A stretch of 63,024 nucleotides of DNA, the filler included, from Choristocarpus tenellus KU-1152 (lineage: Eukaryota > Protista > Phaeophyceae): NCBI GenBank assembly GCA_964200185.2. It is 10 parts of 10 records of this genome, joined end to end, with 100 filler letters (N's around TTAATTAATTAA, not from the genome) between each part and the next. Parts side by side here need not be neighbours in the genome. Positions count along the whole stretch, not along the records: positions 50,018 to 53,983 come from CAXNAD020016883.1; positions 54,084 to 56,804 come from CAXNAD020025319.1; positions 56,905 to 60,057 come from CAXNAD020021925.1; positions 60,158 to 63,024 come from CAXNAD020024087.1; 6 more parts are not named here. One strand, 5' to 3'. Numbering within the stretch: the stretch's first letter is position 1; the number at the start of each line of letters is the position of its first letter. This document shows, piece by piece, positions 51,191 to 63,024 of the stretch. The translations under genes and the position numbers were made by a program. The notes beneath the pieces were generated by a model, which was not told where the DNA came from, made no database searches, and worked only from the letters and a program-made list of their open reading frames with translations.

Positions 51191-52159
51191 TTAGTATCTT
51201 TCACATTTATGTTTTTTTTTCCTTAGGGCTTATAATGACAATGTGTATAGTTTTCATTGGTTTTCCCCATGACACATCTTCAAAATGTCACAGATCATAA
51301 TAATAAAAATATATGAGAGAATTGTCAGGAAACGTCGAAACCTCTCTTACACCCTGAAAAGTCTTGACAAGCTATTTATCCTCTCTTATATTGTGAGAGC
51401 CATCTTTCACAGGAGGTATACCCTGAAGGTGACTTATCTTGAACATTATGATATTCATATGGCATTTGTTCTTGCATGTTGAAGATAACATCTGCTTGAA
51501 GTAAGATCGGGTGGTTGGGTGTGACCTTGCAAACCCCCCTCTGTTAGTTACCACCCGAACACTCTTTTCCCGAGTGATCTTCTGAAGGGTTGCTCTCCCT
51601 TTTTCACTTGTCTCTCTTTGATTTTGCCTCCTGTGGGTCTTCCCGCTCCCCTTCATCACGAATAACCTGTCGGCTTGTTTCCATCTGTTTCACAGTGGCG
51701 GTGACAGCAGGACGGGAGGATATAGCAGGAAAGGGGTAGTTAAATCCCGGCTACGCCAAATTATCTCGGTAACTACGCAAGTGGCACTGTCTAGACTTGT
51801 CATGTGTTTTAAGGTGGAATCACCAGGGAGATGGGTACGGAGGGTTTATTGGATTCTTGGGATGCCTCCATAGCTCCTCCTCCCAGGGTACAGGTATAGG
51901 TAGATTGGAGAAACAGGAAGGCCGTAGTGCAACGTAGATAGTGGGGAAGTAACGCATGGACTAGTATCTTTCACATTGATGATTTTTTTTCCTTAGGGCT
52001 TATAATGACTGTGTATAGTTTTCATTGGTTTTCCCCCTGACACATCTCCAAAATGTCAGAGATCATAATAATAAAAATATATGAGAGAATTGTCAGGAAA
52101 CGTCGAAACCTCTCTTACACCCTGAAAAGTCCTGACAAGCTATTTATCCTCTCTTATAT
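50942..52159 (+). repeat. ~450-bp near-identical direct repeats (50942-51391, 51713-52159) around a 320-bp insert
   Basis: Both copies run from cgggaggatatagcagg to tcctctcttatat with scattered substitutions. Confidence 0.93.
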
Positions 52160-52314
52160 CCCCTTTCTCTTATATCGACATCTATCATATCCGCACAACC
52201 ACTTTACACAAAAATAATTCCCCAATAAAAATAAAAATAAAAATATATATATACATTCTTGTGTTCTACTGTTAACGAAGGAGAAAACCTACCCCACTAT
52301 CATCGTGTCGAGTC

Positions 52315-53086
52315 ATGGGCCGAGGAGATAGCAAGTCCGGGAGGTTTATGAGGAGAGCAGTTACGACTGCGTCTCCTACAGTGCCATACTCCAGAGTAGA
52401 AGACAGGCTGGATGGCGGGATAATACAAGAGGTTTGGAGCAACGCCTACTATGACATTTGATATCAGTCCTTCGAGAAGTATAGCTGATTTCGGAGGATG
52501 CAGGACTTTGGTTAGGAATGTATTGTGCTGTCTTCTATTTCTTGAATGTCTTATTCGGATTGGTGTCTAAACACCAGCCTCAGAACACCATAATTGCAAC
52601 CATAATGAGAGACCCCCTGAATACCGTAATAGCAATCCTATTTTGAGACGGTGACTCCTATGTATTGAATCTCAAGCAACTATTTCTATACTCACATTAC
52701 AGCTTGATTGTGCTTCGCGGGCTGCTGGCCCAGTCTGTTTCAAGTGGGCTTCCACTTCAGGACTCAAGTTCCTGCCTTCCAGTTCCCGTCCTTACAATCC
52801 TCCATTTCGTGAACTCTGTTCACACTTTTTTTTCCCTACTTCCAGGAGGGAAGAGTGCAACCATTCGAGGTGGAGCTCTTGGGTGATGTGGATGGGGAAG
52901 TAATTCGACCAACAAAGGCAAAGGGAAAAGATATTGACGGAAATGCAGAACTTTCTCTGGAGGATGCCTGGATGCGAAATATCTGGGCATTGCCTAACCG
53001 TGCTGTCGTGCACAGCTACTTTTGTGTCGGCTTTGCCTTGAAGTTCTTGTCCACTCCTTTGACATACTACATGGTGCACGAACTGG
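52315..53086 (+). CDS. Folate-biopterin (BT1/FBT) family MFS transporter, 5' exons
   Basis: Exons 52315-52431 (MGRGDSK...GIIQE|gt) and 52846-53086. First TM region NRAVVHSYFCVGFALKFLSTPLTYYMVHELG resembles the BT1 family. Confidence 0.7.
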
Positions 53087-54380
53087 GTAGGTGGATGATA
53101 TTCTCAGGAGTGAATGACTGGGGATGATAGTGAATGGTTGCAAAGTTATCCGCATAGATTCTCCTTTCCTTTCAGCATGGGACTACTTTCAGAGCTTCTG
53201 GTGTGCACGAAAGGTTGAGATACGTCGAACGAATGTCTACGTGTCCAGCTCCGAGTAAGGGAATATTGCAATTTTTTCAAGGACTTTTCATGGTCAAATG
53301 TAGGAGTTGGGTATTATGAAGGCCCCCGCTCTACTCAACCAGGCTCTAGTTGGATGTTCACTAGGTACTGTAGTTCAAAGTTTTTTGCTAATCTGTTCAT
53401 GGTTCCAAGGTGCTGTTTCTGTATGAGAAGTAGATAGTCTGTTCAAACTTGAGAACGGGAAGGAGTCCATGCTATCACAATGCGAAAAAAACTGCTTTTG
53501 TAGAACTCTAGGGTCGTCATTTTCGCTCAATTCATGTTCACCTTGAAAACAAAAGGCTTTTACCAGTATTATTCGTTTGTCAGGAGGTCCTGGAGAGGCT
53601 GGGGTGGGGGGTAAGAGCTAAAGAGCATATATATTGAAAGGCATGAAATGAAAGGTATATACGTCCTGCTGTCAGCCAACTTCCAGCTTGTGTTGATAGA
53701 TACTGATGCAAACTTGAGTCGTGTTTTGTCATGGCAGTGGCAACTGCTCAACGTTTTGTTGGAAAGTCGAGTTGAGAAGATGTTAGTATGCCCTCCTTTA
53801 CCTCCTTTATGTCCTTCCATATCACGCTACCCCATCCTGTCATACAATCACAATCATGTTTACACCCTACTCTACACACTGTTCTATATCAAGAGACAAT
53901 CCAGATTTACATCAACGAGAAACGTTTTGTCCTCCCCCCCCCTCCCCCTTCCCCCGATCGCCCCCCCTCCCACCGGAATGTGANNNNNNNNNNNNNNNNN
54001 NNNNNNNNNNNNNNNNNNNNNNNNNNNTTAATTAATTAANNNNNNNNNNNNNNNNNNNNNNNNNNNNNNNNNNNNNNNNNNNNGGGGGGGGGGGGGGGGG
54101 GGGGGGGGGTGGCGGCTCTATGAAAGGTGGTTTGCCTGTAAGGAGAGACCTTACTTCAACCCCTCCCCCCTACCCTGATTGCCCTCTAGGTATACTGGCT
54201 ATTGTGGTGGTAGGGTTAGGGTTAGGTGATGGATGACATAACACTGTATTGCCCACTGGGACTTCCACTTGTGTTCATGCTCACTTCCATACATTACATA
54301 GGACGTGTGAGTTTATACTTGTGTGTATGTGTGTGTGCGTGCATGCTTCTTTTTTTTCTTATCAGTACGTTGTGGAGTAT

Positions 54381-54437
54381 TTAAATACTATATTAAGTAC
54401 TATATTAAATACTATATTAAGTACTATATTAAATACT
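54381..54437 (+). repeat. 12-bp tandem repeat (ttaaRtactata) x about 4.7
   Basis: ttaaatactata/ttaagtactata alternating, within an intron. Confidence 0.9.
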
Positions 54438-54514
54438 CTAGTGTTGTATATATTTATTTACGTAGCCCTTCCCAAAAACAAAAAAAATTGTGGACACAAA
54501 TAACAAAAATGCAG

Positions 54515-55649
54515 ATGGTTGCAGATGGAATAGAAGCATGTAGGAAGATGTGTGGCGGGCATGGGTTCTCCCAGTTCAGCGGCCTGCCTGAAGTGTCTGC
54601 AAACTACCTTGCCCTTGCAACACTGGAGGGGACACAGCAGGTCCTTGAGCCACAAACTGCCAGGTTTGTGAGGGGGGGGTTGACCTTGTTTTTGTTTATT
54701 TTCTATATATACTATTATTTTTTGTTGAAGAGTGGGTGGAAGGGTTTTCAAGTTTTGATGCAAAGGAATGCAAGAGGAAGGAAATGATGTTAGGGTTAGG
54801 GTTGTGGGTAGGATTATGTTTTGTTTTTTTTGTCTTGGGCATGCATGGAGTTAGGGTTAGGGTTGTTCTATGCTTAAAAGCTCTTGTGGATGCAGTATTT
54901 ATCATTTTTCAAGTCGGGAAATCTTCTGGATTTGAGGTGTGCTCTTGGTTCATTCATGGCGATGGGTCTCGTGAAGTCATCGGATTTAACATAGAGTTTG
55001 CATTTAACTCACACAAAAGAGCTTTTCTGCTTCTATCAATGTACGTGCTGGATGGCAGGCACAATGAGTATGAAATAGGGTGAAGTGAGTCTAGGGCCCA
55101 GTGGGGGCGTGTGGGTGGATGGGTGGGTGGGTGGGTGGGGGGAGGATGCTGGAAGTCTTTGATAGATTAGGTCTAGCTCTTGTTGTTAATGCCAGGATGA
55201 CCCTACAGTTTTTCTGTTTCTTAAGAATTGATTTCCACGTACATTGTTTTGTCTGAAGGAGAGATCAAAGGGGGGATACTTATGTTTGTATTTGAATGAA
55301 TTTATTTTTTTATTTGAATGTACCTCGGTCCAAACAGGCACCTTCAAAATACAAATTCAAAATTCTTACTCTCCCTATCCAGGCACCTCATCCGCTTGTT
55401 GGCAGCTGCACGCAGCGGTAAACACCTGAGTGGTGGTATGGCATACCTTAATGCCTCCGGGGATGAATCCCCACCTCCACTGGATTCTGGTAGAGACTTA
55501 CGGCGTGTGGAGACTCAGCTTTATTTGTTGAGAATGCGAGCTCTTGCGGCTGTGGAAGCTGCAGCTGATACTGTGACTGAGGCTTCGGGTGATGCTGGGG
55601 CAGGGGGAGAGAAGGAAGCGTTGGTTGAGGCTGGTGTATCCTTGGGCAG
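54515..55649 (+). CDS. Peroxisomal acyl-CoA oxidase, two internal exons
   Basis: Exons 54515-54663 (MVADGIEACRKMCGGHGFSQFSGLP...ATLEGTQQVLEPQTAR, with the catalytic T.EG) and 55383-55649 (HLIRLLAAARSGKHLSGGMAYL...). Phase-2 junction is consistent. Confidence 0.92.
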
Positions 55650-56727
55650 GTGATAAGAAAAATAAATGTATGTATGATATCATGTAATAATGTGGTGCGC
55701 AGTTTTTCTCCTTGAAATTTTGTTTGTTGAGAATAATGAAAGGAACACATATCCCTCTCTCAGAGCTTTTGATGCTGCCATGCTCTTGATTAAAATTGTA
55801 ACATACTATTGACTAAAATAGTGCCAGTGTTGTTTGAAAGAGTGACTGTTGTGCTGCACTGTTGTAGTATTTGTAATTCCAGTGGATGCTTATGCTTTTA
55901 AATGGATCGGTCCCATGGTGTGCTGTATTCATACCATCAGACATATCCTTCCGTTTCAGTAGTTTCACAAAACTTTGAGCCAAAGGCAAGTGGTTCCTGA
56001 AGGCGGTGGTGATGTAAAAAAAATGAAAAAAAATGTGTTCGCATAAATTTCCCACATCTTTCCAAGAAGATTCTGGATTGGTGTGGTTGAATGAGGCGAC
56101 CAAACCTCTTGTGTGGGTGAACACAGGGATGAAAATACAATACATCATGAAAACACACATTTGTGCGAATTGTACCCATGTGCAATATTGGCATGTGTGA
56201 TAATGACATTTATGATAGTGGTATGTGCGGGAAGGTTATCCAACATATATGACAAAAATGGTATTTTTGTACTTCATAGGATGATGTGTGTTTATGCATC
56301 TTTATGTATTCATGGTATCTCAGTGTTATGAATATCTGCAGTATAGAGCTCTAGCACCAAACTTTTTCCTGGGAAATATGGAGGCTAGGAAAGTTCTTGG
56401 CAGGTCTGGTGCAATGTATTTTGTGGTATGGACAAGTTATGTTGGCATGTGAAACAGGGAAATATTTGCGTTACTTTTTTGGGGGGGGGGGCGGGGGGAT
56501 GAGGATAACTTTTATTAGGATAGGGTTGTTATTCTGTGTGTGATGAGGATAAACCATCCCTCTCAATCCTACACAGCCTTGAATCTGTATGATACATGAT
56601 CCTTGCTTCCTGGCAGTAGACGCCTTCCATATTTTTTGTCCCAGAGTGGGCAAGGTGAACATTTATACGGATTTTAAGCGCGGCAGACAATAGTTTAGAC
56701 ATGCTTTCCACTGTTTACTACTCTGCC

Positions 56728-56764
<37 letters not shown>

Positions 56765-57216
56765 CCTCCCTCCGTCCCTTGCGCCTGTGCTCGCCACCGC
56801 ACCCNNNNNNNNNNNNNNNNNNNNNNNNNNNNNNNNNNNNNNNNNNNNTTAATTAATTAANNNNNNNNNNNNNNNNNNNNNNNNNNNNNNNNNNNNNNNN
56901 NNNNCGTCAGGAGATTGAGCCCCCCCCCCCCCCCCCCCCCACCCCACCCCACCCCCTTTCCAAAGAAGAAAAGGTTATCCTCTTCATCTCCCCTGATATC
57001 TATACTTCATCAATCCTCTCCTCCTTCCATATATTTTCTTGCTAGTGTAGGTTGGCTTGGTCTGCCCACAAGTGTAATTTGTGTTCATCTGCAAAGTGCC
57101 GACTCTCCCCCAGAGGTCATTACTGCTTATGGCCTTGCGGCTCCGTGATGGCATTGTGATTGCCCTATTCTTGACCATAACAAAAACGCCTGCGTTCTTT
57201 TGTTGTTGGTTGGCAG

Positions 57217-58841
57217 GTGATCTCCTCTTTTTCCTCAGGGTTACCCTGCTGCTGAGAGGTCTCTCCTCCAGCCTAGGAGTTAGTCAGCCGTACATGGCCA
57301 TCATGGCTCCCTATGCCAAGAAGGCAAGCTTCTCACGTGGTGTTGAAAAAAAGTGTCTTATTTGTGTATTTTTATTATTATTATTATTATTATTATAAAT
57401 ATTATAATCTTATTGCTTCTGCTTAGAGTTGTTGACTGAGTACAGTGTTTTAAAATACAGGGTTTCGATTCAGTCGGCACTACATTATGGTGTGACTAAG
57501 AATGTATACCCTTTTTTTTTTTAATGTTGAGCGNNNNNNNNNNTACATTATTTTGTGTCTAAGAATGTATTTCTTTTTTTTTTTTAATGTTGAGCGGTAA
57601 AATGCAACAGCGTCGTTGTAACTCAGCACCAAAATTCACAAGAAAAAAAATATATAAGCAGAATTTCAGAATTGAATCCGGATTTAGTCGGCACAGCCCA
57701 CCAGGCTGTGCCCATCGATTTTCAAACGTTGGCTTGCTTATTGTCATGTGTGGGAACTAAGCGGGAGAGAACTCATCCCCCTACCCTCCTTCGAAATGTT
57801 CACTCTTGTTGATATCTGAATGCATTGATGGCATTCGTATTCTGTGTTGATATTATTACTTGTTTTGACACTGACATTGATGTTGATATTTTTGATATCG
57901 ATATCGACACTCACATTGATGTCATTCATACTCTGATGTGATATTGATAGTTGACATTAAAAAAAAAGTACCATTTTTAGGGTACAGTGCAGTCTTACAC
58001 GCTCCGCCTTTTGTCTCTCTATTCTTGACTTGGTGATATGTTAGTTATCGGTGGTCTTTTTCTGTCAGAGAGAAAAAACGCCGCACCAACTGGTGTTGAA
58101 CTCCTTTCCTATTGCCAAAAAAACTACGATCGGCTTGACCTAAGTACATACATACATACATACATACATACATACATCTACAACATATGGTTGGAAATTG
58201 TGGTGCCGCTGATGGGATGGTTTGAAATCTATTGCTAAGGCATGTTGCTTTTTAATTCATTTTGTACTGTGCTCTGCTTTAACCCACTGTTTTAACTATT
58301 ATTATTATTATTATTATTATTACAATGTTTTTGTTGGTCAAGAGGAGTGGAAGAAGCCCAATGAACACAAGCAAGACAAAAAAAATTTCTTTTTAAGGTG
58401 ATGTCTTTATTGCTTCGACTCTTTTGTACCAAAAATGGTTCTGCCGATAAGAAAAACAGATTTTTTTTTCTTTTTGTATAAAACAGAAAAAAACTGCAGT
58501 GAGAAAGGAGATTTTATGTGTGTGTGTGTGTGTATATATATATAGCTTTTGTTTTATTGGTTGAGCAGCACCCAAATGAGATTCTCTCTCGTGAGTCATC
58601 CTCCTTTATTTTGTTTTTGTATAGGCTGTCATATCGTAGGGTTAGTTCAGCAACAATCTTGACATAAAATAATTTTTCTTGTATTTTGAATTGTCTGACT
58701 CAGGCACTGCGCAATACTGTGCCCGAAGGAGAGAGGGCCAAGGCCACCATCTACCCCAGCCCCCTGCTGTCTCCATTGGAGGGGAAGGTACGGGCACTGG
58801 TGGCGAGGTTTGTGGAGGATGGGGTCGTGAGCGGATGTCAG
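57217..58841 (+). CDS. ABC1/ADCK atypical kinase to beta-lactamase-like fusion protein, two internal exons
   Basis: Exons 57217-57323 (GDLLFFLRVTLLLRGLSSSLGVSQPYMAIMAPYAKK|gcaagc) and 58704-58841 (ALRNTVP...PSPLLSPLEGKVRALVARFVEDGVVSGCQ|gtgag). Covers the ABC1 C-terminus and the start of a serine-hydrolase domain, as in plant ABC1-beta-lactamase proteins. Confidence 0.75.
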
Positions 58842-60025
58842 GTGAGGAATTTTCTTTTTTTTAATTTTCTTTTGTTGCTTCTTTTTTTTCTGGTCTGTTG
58901 GTGGGTGTGAATGGCGTTGTGGTGCATCACTTGTGTTCGGTTGAACCTTTGCATTATTATTATTATTATTATTATTGGTCTTAATGCAGAAGGTAGGTGT
59001 TATACACTGACAACGCTTTGGAGTTTGAGAGTTATAGGATTAGGGAGGATTTTTTTGTTGATTGATCCAGGTGTCTGACTATTATTCAATAATCCTCACC
59101 ACATCACCTCTTCCTTGTTCATTGCTCTCATGACATCACGGAGAAGGGATACTACCAACCTTTTTTTATGATGTCTGAATCAGCTGTACTACCCTGGTGT
59201 TGAAGCAATGGATCCAAAGAAAAACACAGATCACTTTTTTATCAGTCATTGTTGGTTTTGTGTTCGTGTCCGTCTGGTGTTATGTCCCCATGGGGATGAA
59301 GAACCCACATACATACATATGTATGTATTTATATGTCCATGTGGGCTACTACTACCCACTTCTAGCTTTTAATTTGCATTTTATCGATGTTGTTTATGAT
59401 GGGAACTTAGTCGCCGCTGCAGTTCTCAATAAGTGGAATAACAGCGGGCAAACAAGAGAATCAAAGGGTTTGATTCATTTATTTATTTTCACATGCGTCT
59501 ATGTACGCACGCTGCGTGCGCACCTATTTTGCTTAATTGTCTATGTGGCACTCTTCATCTAAGTAATTTGATTTATTCAATCACACAACGAGACCGCAAT
59601 GCATGTTGCGTGTGACTTGAACGACCCATTCTAAACATTTCAACCGTTCTGAAAATGATTTTTTTTTTTTTGCTATTTTGAATCGAAACGGTACGCGATT
59701 TTTAATTTTTTTAGAGCGTATGTATGATATCAATCCATCCTTTTTTTTTTCTCTATACTTCTACCAATAGAGCAACTAAAAAATTATATATATATAAATA
59801 TATGTATTTATGTATGTCATACACCTCACTTGGTTGTGTTTCTGTTTTTTGTTTGTTTGTTTTCCCGGAATGGTCCAGCGCTGTAACTGTAAGAAAGAAA
59901 AATACCCTCTTACATCTTAGCATCGATACTACGCACACGCCTCCCCTCCTCTTCTATCTTGTCTCTGCTTTATTCGACATCAGTCCTCCCACCCCCCTTC
60001 GCTCGACCTCCTCAATGGATGCTGC

Positions 60026-60057
<32 letters not shown>

Positions 60058-60173
60058 NNNNNNNNNNNNNNNNNNNNNNNNNNNNNNNNNNNNNNNNNNN
60101 NTTAATTAATTAANNNNNNNNNNNNNNNNNNNNNNNNNNNNNNNNNNNNNNNNNNNNCTCAGGATACCCCACA

Positions 60174-60355
60174 GAATCAAAGTATCCGGGGGGGGAGTGG
60201 TGGCTGTCGATTTGATGTCCATTTATTCATGTCGCGATTTTTGGGTGATTTGGTTGCAATACGTCGGATGGAAATTGTAAGTGCACTTTTCCTGATTTTT
60301 GTCCAAATGGACACCCTGGTGTAGACTCCACCCCCCCCCCCAGATACTTTGGGTC
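60174..60355 (+). mobile_element. MITE family B, complete 182-bp copy
   Basis: GAATCAAAGTATCCGGGGGGGG...CCCCCCCCCAGATACTTTGGGTC with a perfect 4-bp TSD CACA. Confidence 0.88.
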
Positions 60356-62019
60356 CACAGAGAACAGACTTGCAGATATTCTAAATAACAGGATGGGAAT
60401 CCGACCGACTGACAAACACCAACGTCTGCTCGCTATCTGGCAAGTCAGCAAGACCCTGATGCCCCCCGGCAACTGGGGTGGTCTCCATTGTGGTGCATAG
60501 GTCAGCTTCACTCAATACTTCCACCTATTCAGACAAGGATATTTGATTCAGCTAGGGTACAATACTTGCTACTTTTTGTGTGCTGGTGCCCATAGTGTAT
60601 TATGAAGAGCCTCGTGTATTCGTGAGCAGAAGATACTCGAATAAATCCTGTCTTCTACAGTAGTATCCTTCCATCTCTCGCCCAGACTGCTTGGCATGTT
60701 ATGCCACTCCAGGCTAAGTATTTACGAAGCATTACTCAATACAAAGCTCTCTATACTAAAATAACCCATATTTTATTTTTTCTTACTTGAAGCAAATATA
60801 CATCTCAAGACAAAATGTATGGTGCTATATAGAACGACTTAGATGGATTTGCACCGTTCCATTGTTTTTTTATATTATTTTGACTGAGGTACATGCATAA
60901 TTTTACGTGTTTTTACACTCTTAGCAAGTTCACTCCACAGACTTCCACTGATCTCCCGCTGTCGCTTCAACAAATATCATTGCTCTCCTAGCATAAAGTA
61001 TGCTTCTTTTCTCCAGAACGCTCGTAGGATAGTTCGATACTACACAATATACTACCATCACGCCATTTGCAGAGTGTTGTCACTGAACGTGTGGTCTTGT
61101 GTGTCTGGTGTCGACTGCCTGTTGGCAAAATATATTGAGACGACTGTTACATGCCCTAGTTAACGAGCTACCTTTGAGGCACATAATATTAATATTCATA
61201 TCCTCCGAAGTAGTAGGTAGATATCTTAGCAGAATTCGCTTCCAAGTACTTCCAAAATATTTCACACTACTTCAGGATCAGCAGGAGGACATGAGTCAGG
61301 CACAAGTACTCTTTTTATTCGACTTCAATCTAATCCAAACTTCAGCACTATGCGGTCTAGACTAGTAGAGAGACCCATCTCCTGAATTAACATCAATTTC
61401 GCATGACAGGGAAGTGTGTACATGACCCTGCCAGACACATACGTTCCCAGAATCTCTTTACGCCATTCATGGGATTGACCAGTCACCAAGAAATGTCCTC
61501 TCCGATAAACGCCCGCTCCCTTTGTACAGAGTTCCCAGAACCTACCTAGTATTGGAAACGAGAGGCAGAGAGAAGCATACCAACCATTGGCCACTAATAT
61601 ACCTTTTCAAGGGAGTCAAAATTACCAACAACAGTTGTTATTATGTCGGAAGGAGGATAGGGACTTTCAAACCTTCGATTTTTTTGTTGTAACTAGTGGT
61701 GTGAATCGAAAGAATTTACAAGTAGAAGTTGAATCGGATTGATACTTTCAATGTGTACTCGATTACTTTCGAACCATGTGCGAAGTGGACAGGGGGAAAG
61801 AGTATGTAGTGAAGGGCCTTGCCACATATGAAAATTGCACTGTCAATTTCTGTGCTCTTTTTGCCATTGTTATATACGCTTTGATATGATGTCTGAGAGA
61901 CTTTGCCATGTGTCGTATGTATGCTATGCAGGTGAAGGGGCTGAAGAGCTGTCAAAATATCACACCAAGAAATAATACACGTTCAACATGTTTTACATCC
62001 ATTGTATATCTGTCTGCAT

Positions 62020-63024
62020 AGGTAGGTACGTATGTGTGCCCACACATTATTGCTGGCTTCAGTTTTTAGTTGGTATCCTCTCTACTGCCTTTCTTGGCAG
62101 CTTCCCATGAACCCACCTTCATTCAGGTGTTGCGAAGGGGCTGCACATAACCTAGGTCTAGCCTGCTTCATTTTAGGTCATAATATTATCAGCTGTTGAC
62201 TTCACTCAATATTGACGATGTGTGGATGCAGGCTTGGTTCCACCACAATTCCAATAACTTCCAACCCCACCTTGCGTATGAATAAATGCCATCATGGTTC
62301 AATTATCTGGAATCCCGCAAGAATTTTGGTTTTGGGCTCAAGATAAGTAGCGAGGACTTGCTTCGACTTCTTCAAACCGCTTGGCTGTCTCTTCTCACTT
62401 ATAGATTACTGCTAAATATCCCTCTCTGTATCAAAGCAGATCACAAAACCAGATATCATTGCGCTTGCACACAGGCAAACAAATTTTCTTCGCTTCTACC
62501 TGTTCAGGGGTGTTGACTTTAAAGGCGTTGCACGTTTGCACTGCTTTCTCCATGTCCACTAGTACATCATCATAGATAGTAGGGACAGTTAGAGACAGTG
62601 TGATCTATGCGATTCTAACAAAGAAGGAACAGGGTGCATGTAATAGATGTCAACCTATATCTCAAAATATATCGTAGACAGTATTTGTCATCAGGTTCGA
62701 CAGGTGACAAATGACTCTACACACCTGTAAGCACTTCCACTTTCTGTTTCGCATTCCTATCCCAACTGCTTGCGTTCTACTCAAATGTCAATATATGATG
62801 TGTTGTGGATGACCACCAATGTTCTCGTGAAGAAGGATGGCAGGTTTGAGGTGCAGGAAGTGGTCCACCACATGAGATGAGTGTATGACCAACGAGTTGG
62901 AATACATCATGCATCACTTTCTTTCGCTCAATCCTCAACATCCTACGTACATGTTGAACTATCCCACACTGGACCCGCGGCTTTTATGGTGCTTTAATGA
63001 AGGACAAAGAACAGCTTGATGTAG
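62020..63024 (-). mobile_element. Decayed hAT transposase, paralogous to 8690-10000
   Basis: Collinear blocks, e.g. gtaggtacgt..cacacatt.ttgctg (62022/8691), ttgcactgctttctccat.tccact (62537/9567), tgttgtgg.tgacca (62801/9837). Confidence 0.7.

Noticed and set aside
50942-52159. LTR retrotransposon or TRIM
   Set aside because: No TG...CA termini, PBS or PPT evident. The repeats consist of a LINE 3' end plus flank.
57443-57731. Possible hAT-type MITE (CAGTGTTTTAAAAT...ATTTTCAAACGTTG; start similar to 12657-12700)
   Set aside because: TIRs are degenerate, no 8-bp TSD, and it contains an assembly gap.
17560-60157. Regularly recurring TTAATTAATTAA palindrome
   Set aside because: It is an artificial contig linker embedded in N runs. 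Gene neighbourhoods across it are meaningless.
61080-61960. Possible SWIM-finger/transposase relic (CLAGSCTH in one frame)
   Set aside because: Too fragmentary and stop-ridden to assign.
1-63024. Alternative genetic code or stop-codon read-through
   Set aside because: All conserved exons are open under the standard code. In-frame stops occur only in transposon relics that also have frameshifts.

Overview
This window is not one locus. It is about ten short scaffolds joined by artificial 100-bp N44-TTAATTAATTAA-N44 spacers (segments 1-17559, 17660-21918, 22019-25297, 25398-37393, 37494-40476, 40577-49917, 50018-53983, 54084-56804, 56905-60057, 60158-63024). The DNA is eukaryotic and intron-rich; gene content and style suggest a stramenopile, probably a brown-alga-like alga (inference). 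Most real genes are split into short exons, so the ORF track is largely spurious. Genes reconstructed by hand with phase-consistent splice sites: a PPR protein, an FMN-binding glutamate-synthase-family gene (3' six exons), an Aha1-N-domain gene, an HP1-like chromo-shadow-domain gene, a SOS1/NHX7-like antiporter exon, PCCB, a BT1-family transporter, acyl-CoA oxidase, an ABC1-kinase/beta-lactamase-like gene and two orphan genes. Between them lie decayed transposons (Copia, hAT, PIF/Harbinger, a CRE-like non-LTR 3' end) and two related MITE families with 4-bp TSDs and a shared AAAGTATCT terminal core (Sola2-like). The most interesting signals are the hidden HP1-like gene with no intact chromodomain visible, a recurring G/GT-rich 5' end and C/CA-rich 3' end in introns, the Sola-like MITE pair, and CpG-type decay among repeat copies.
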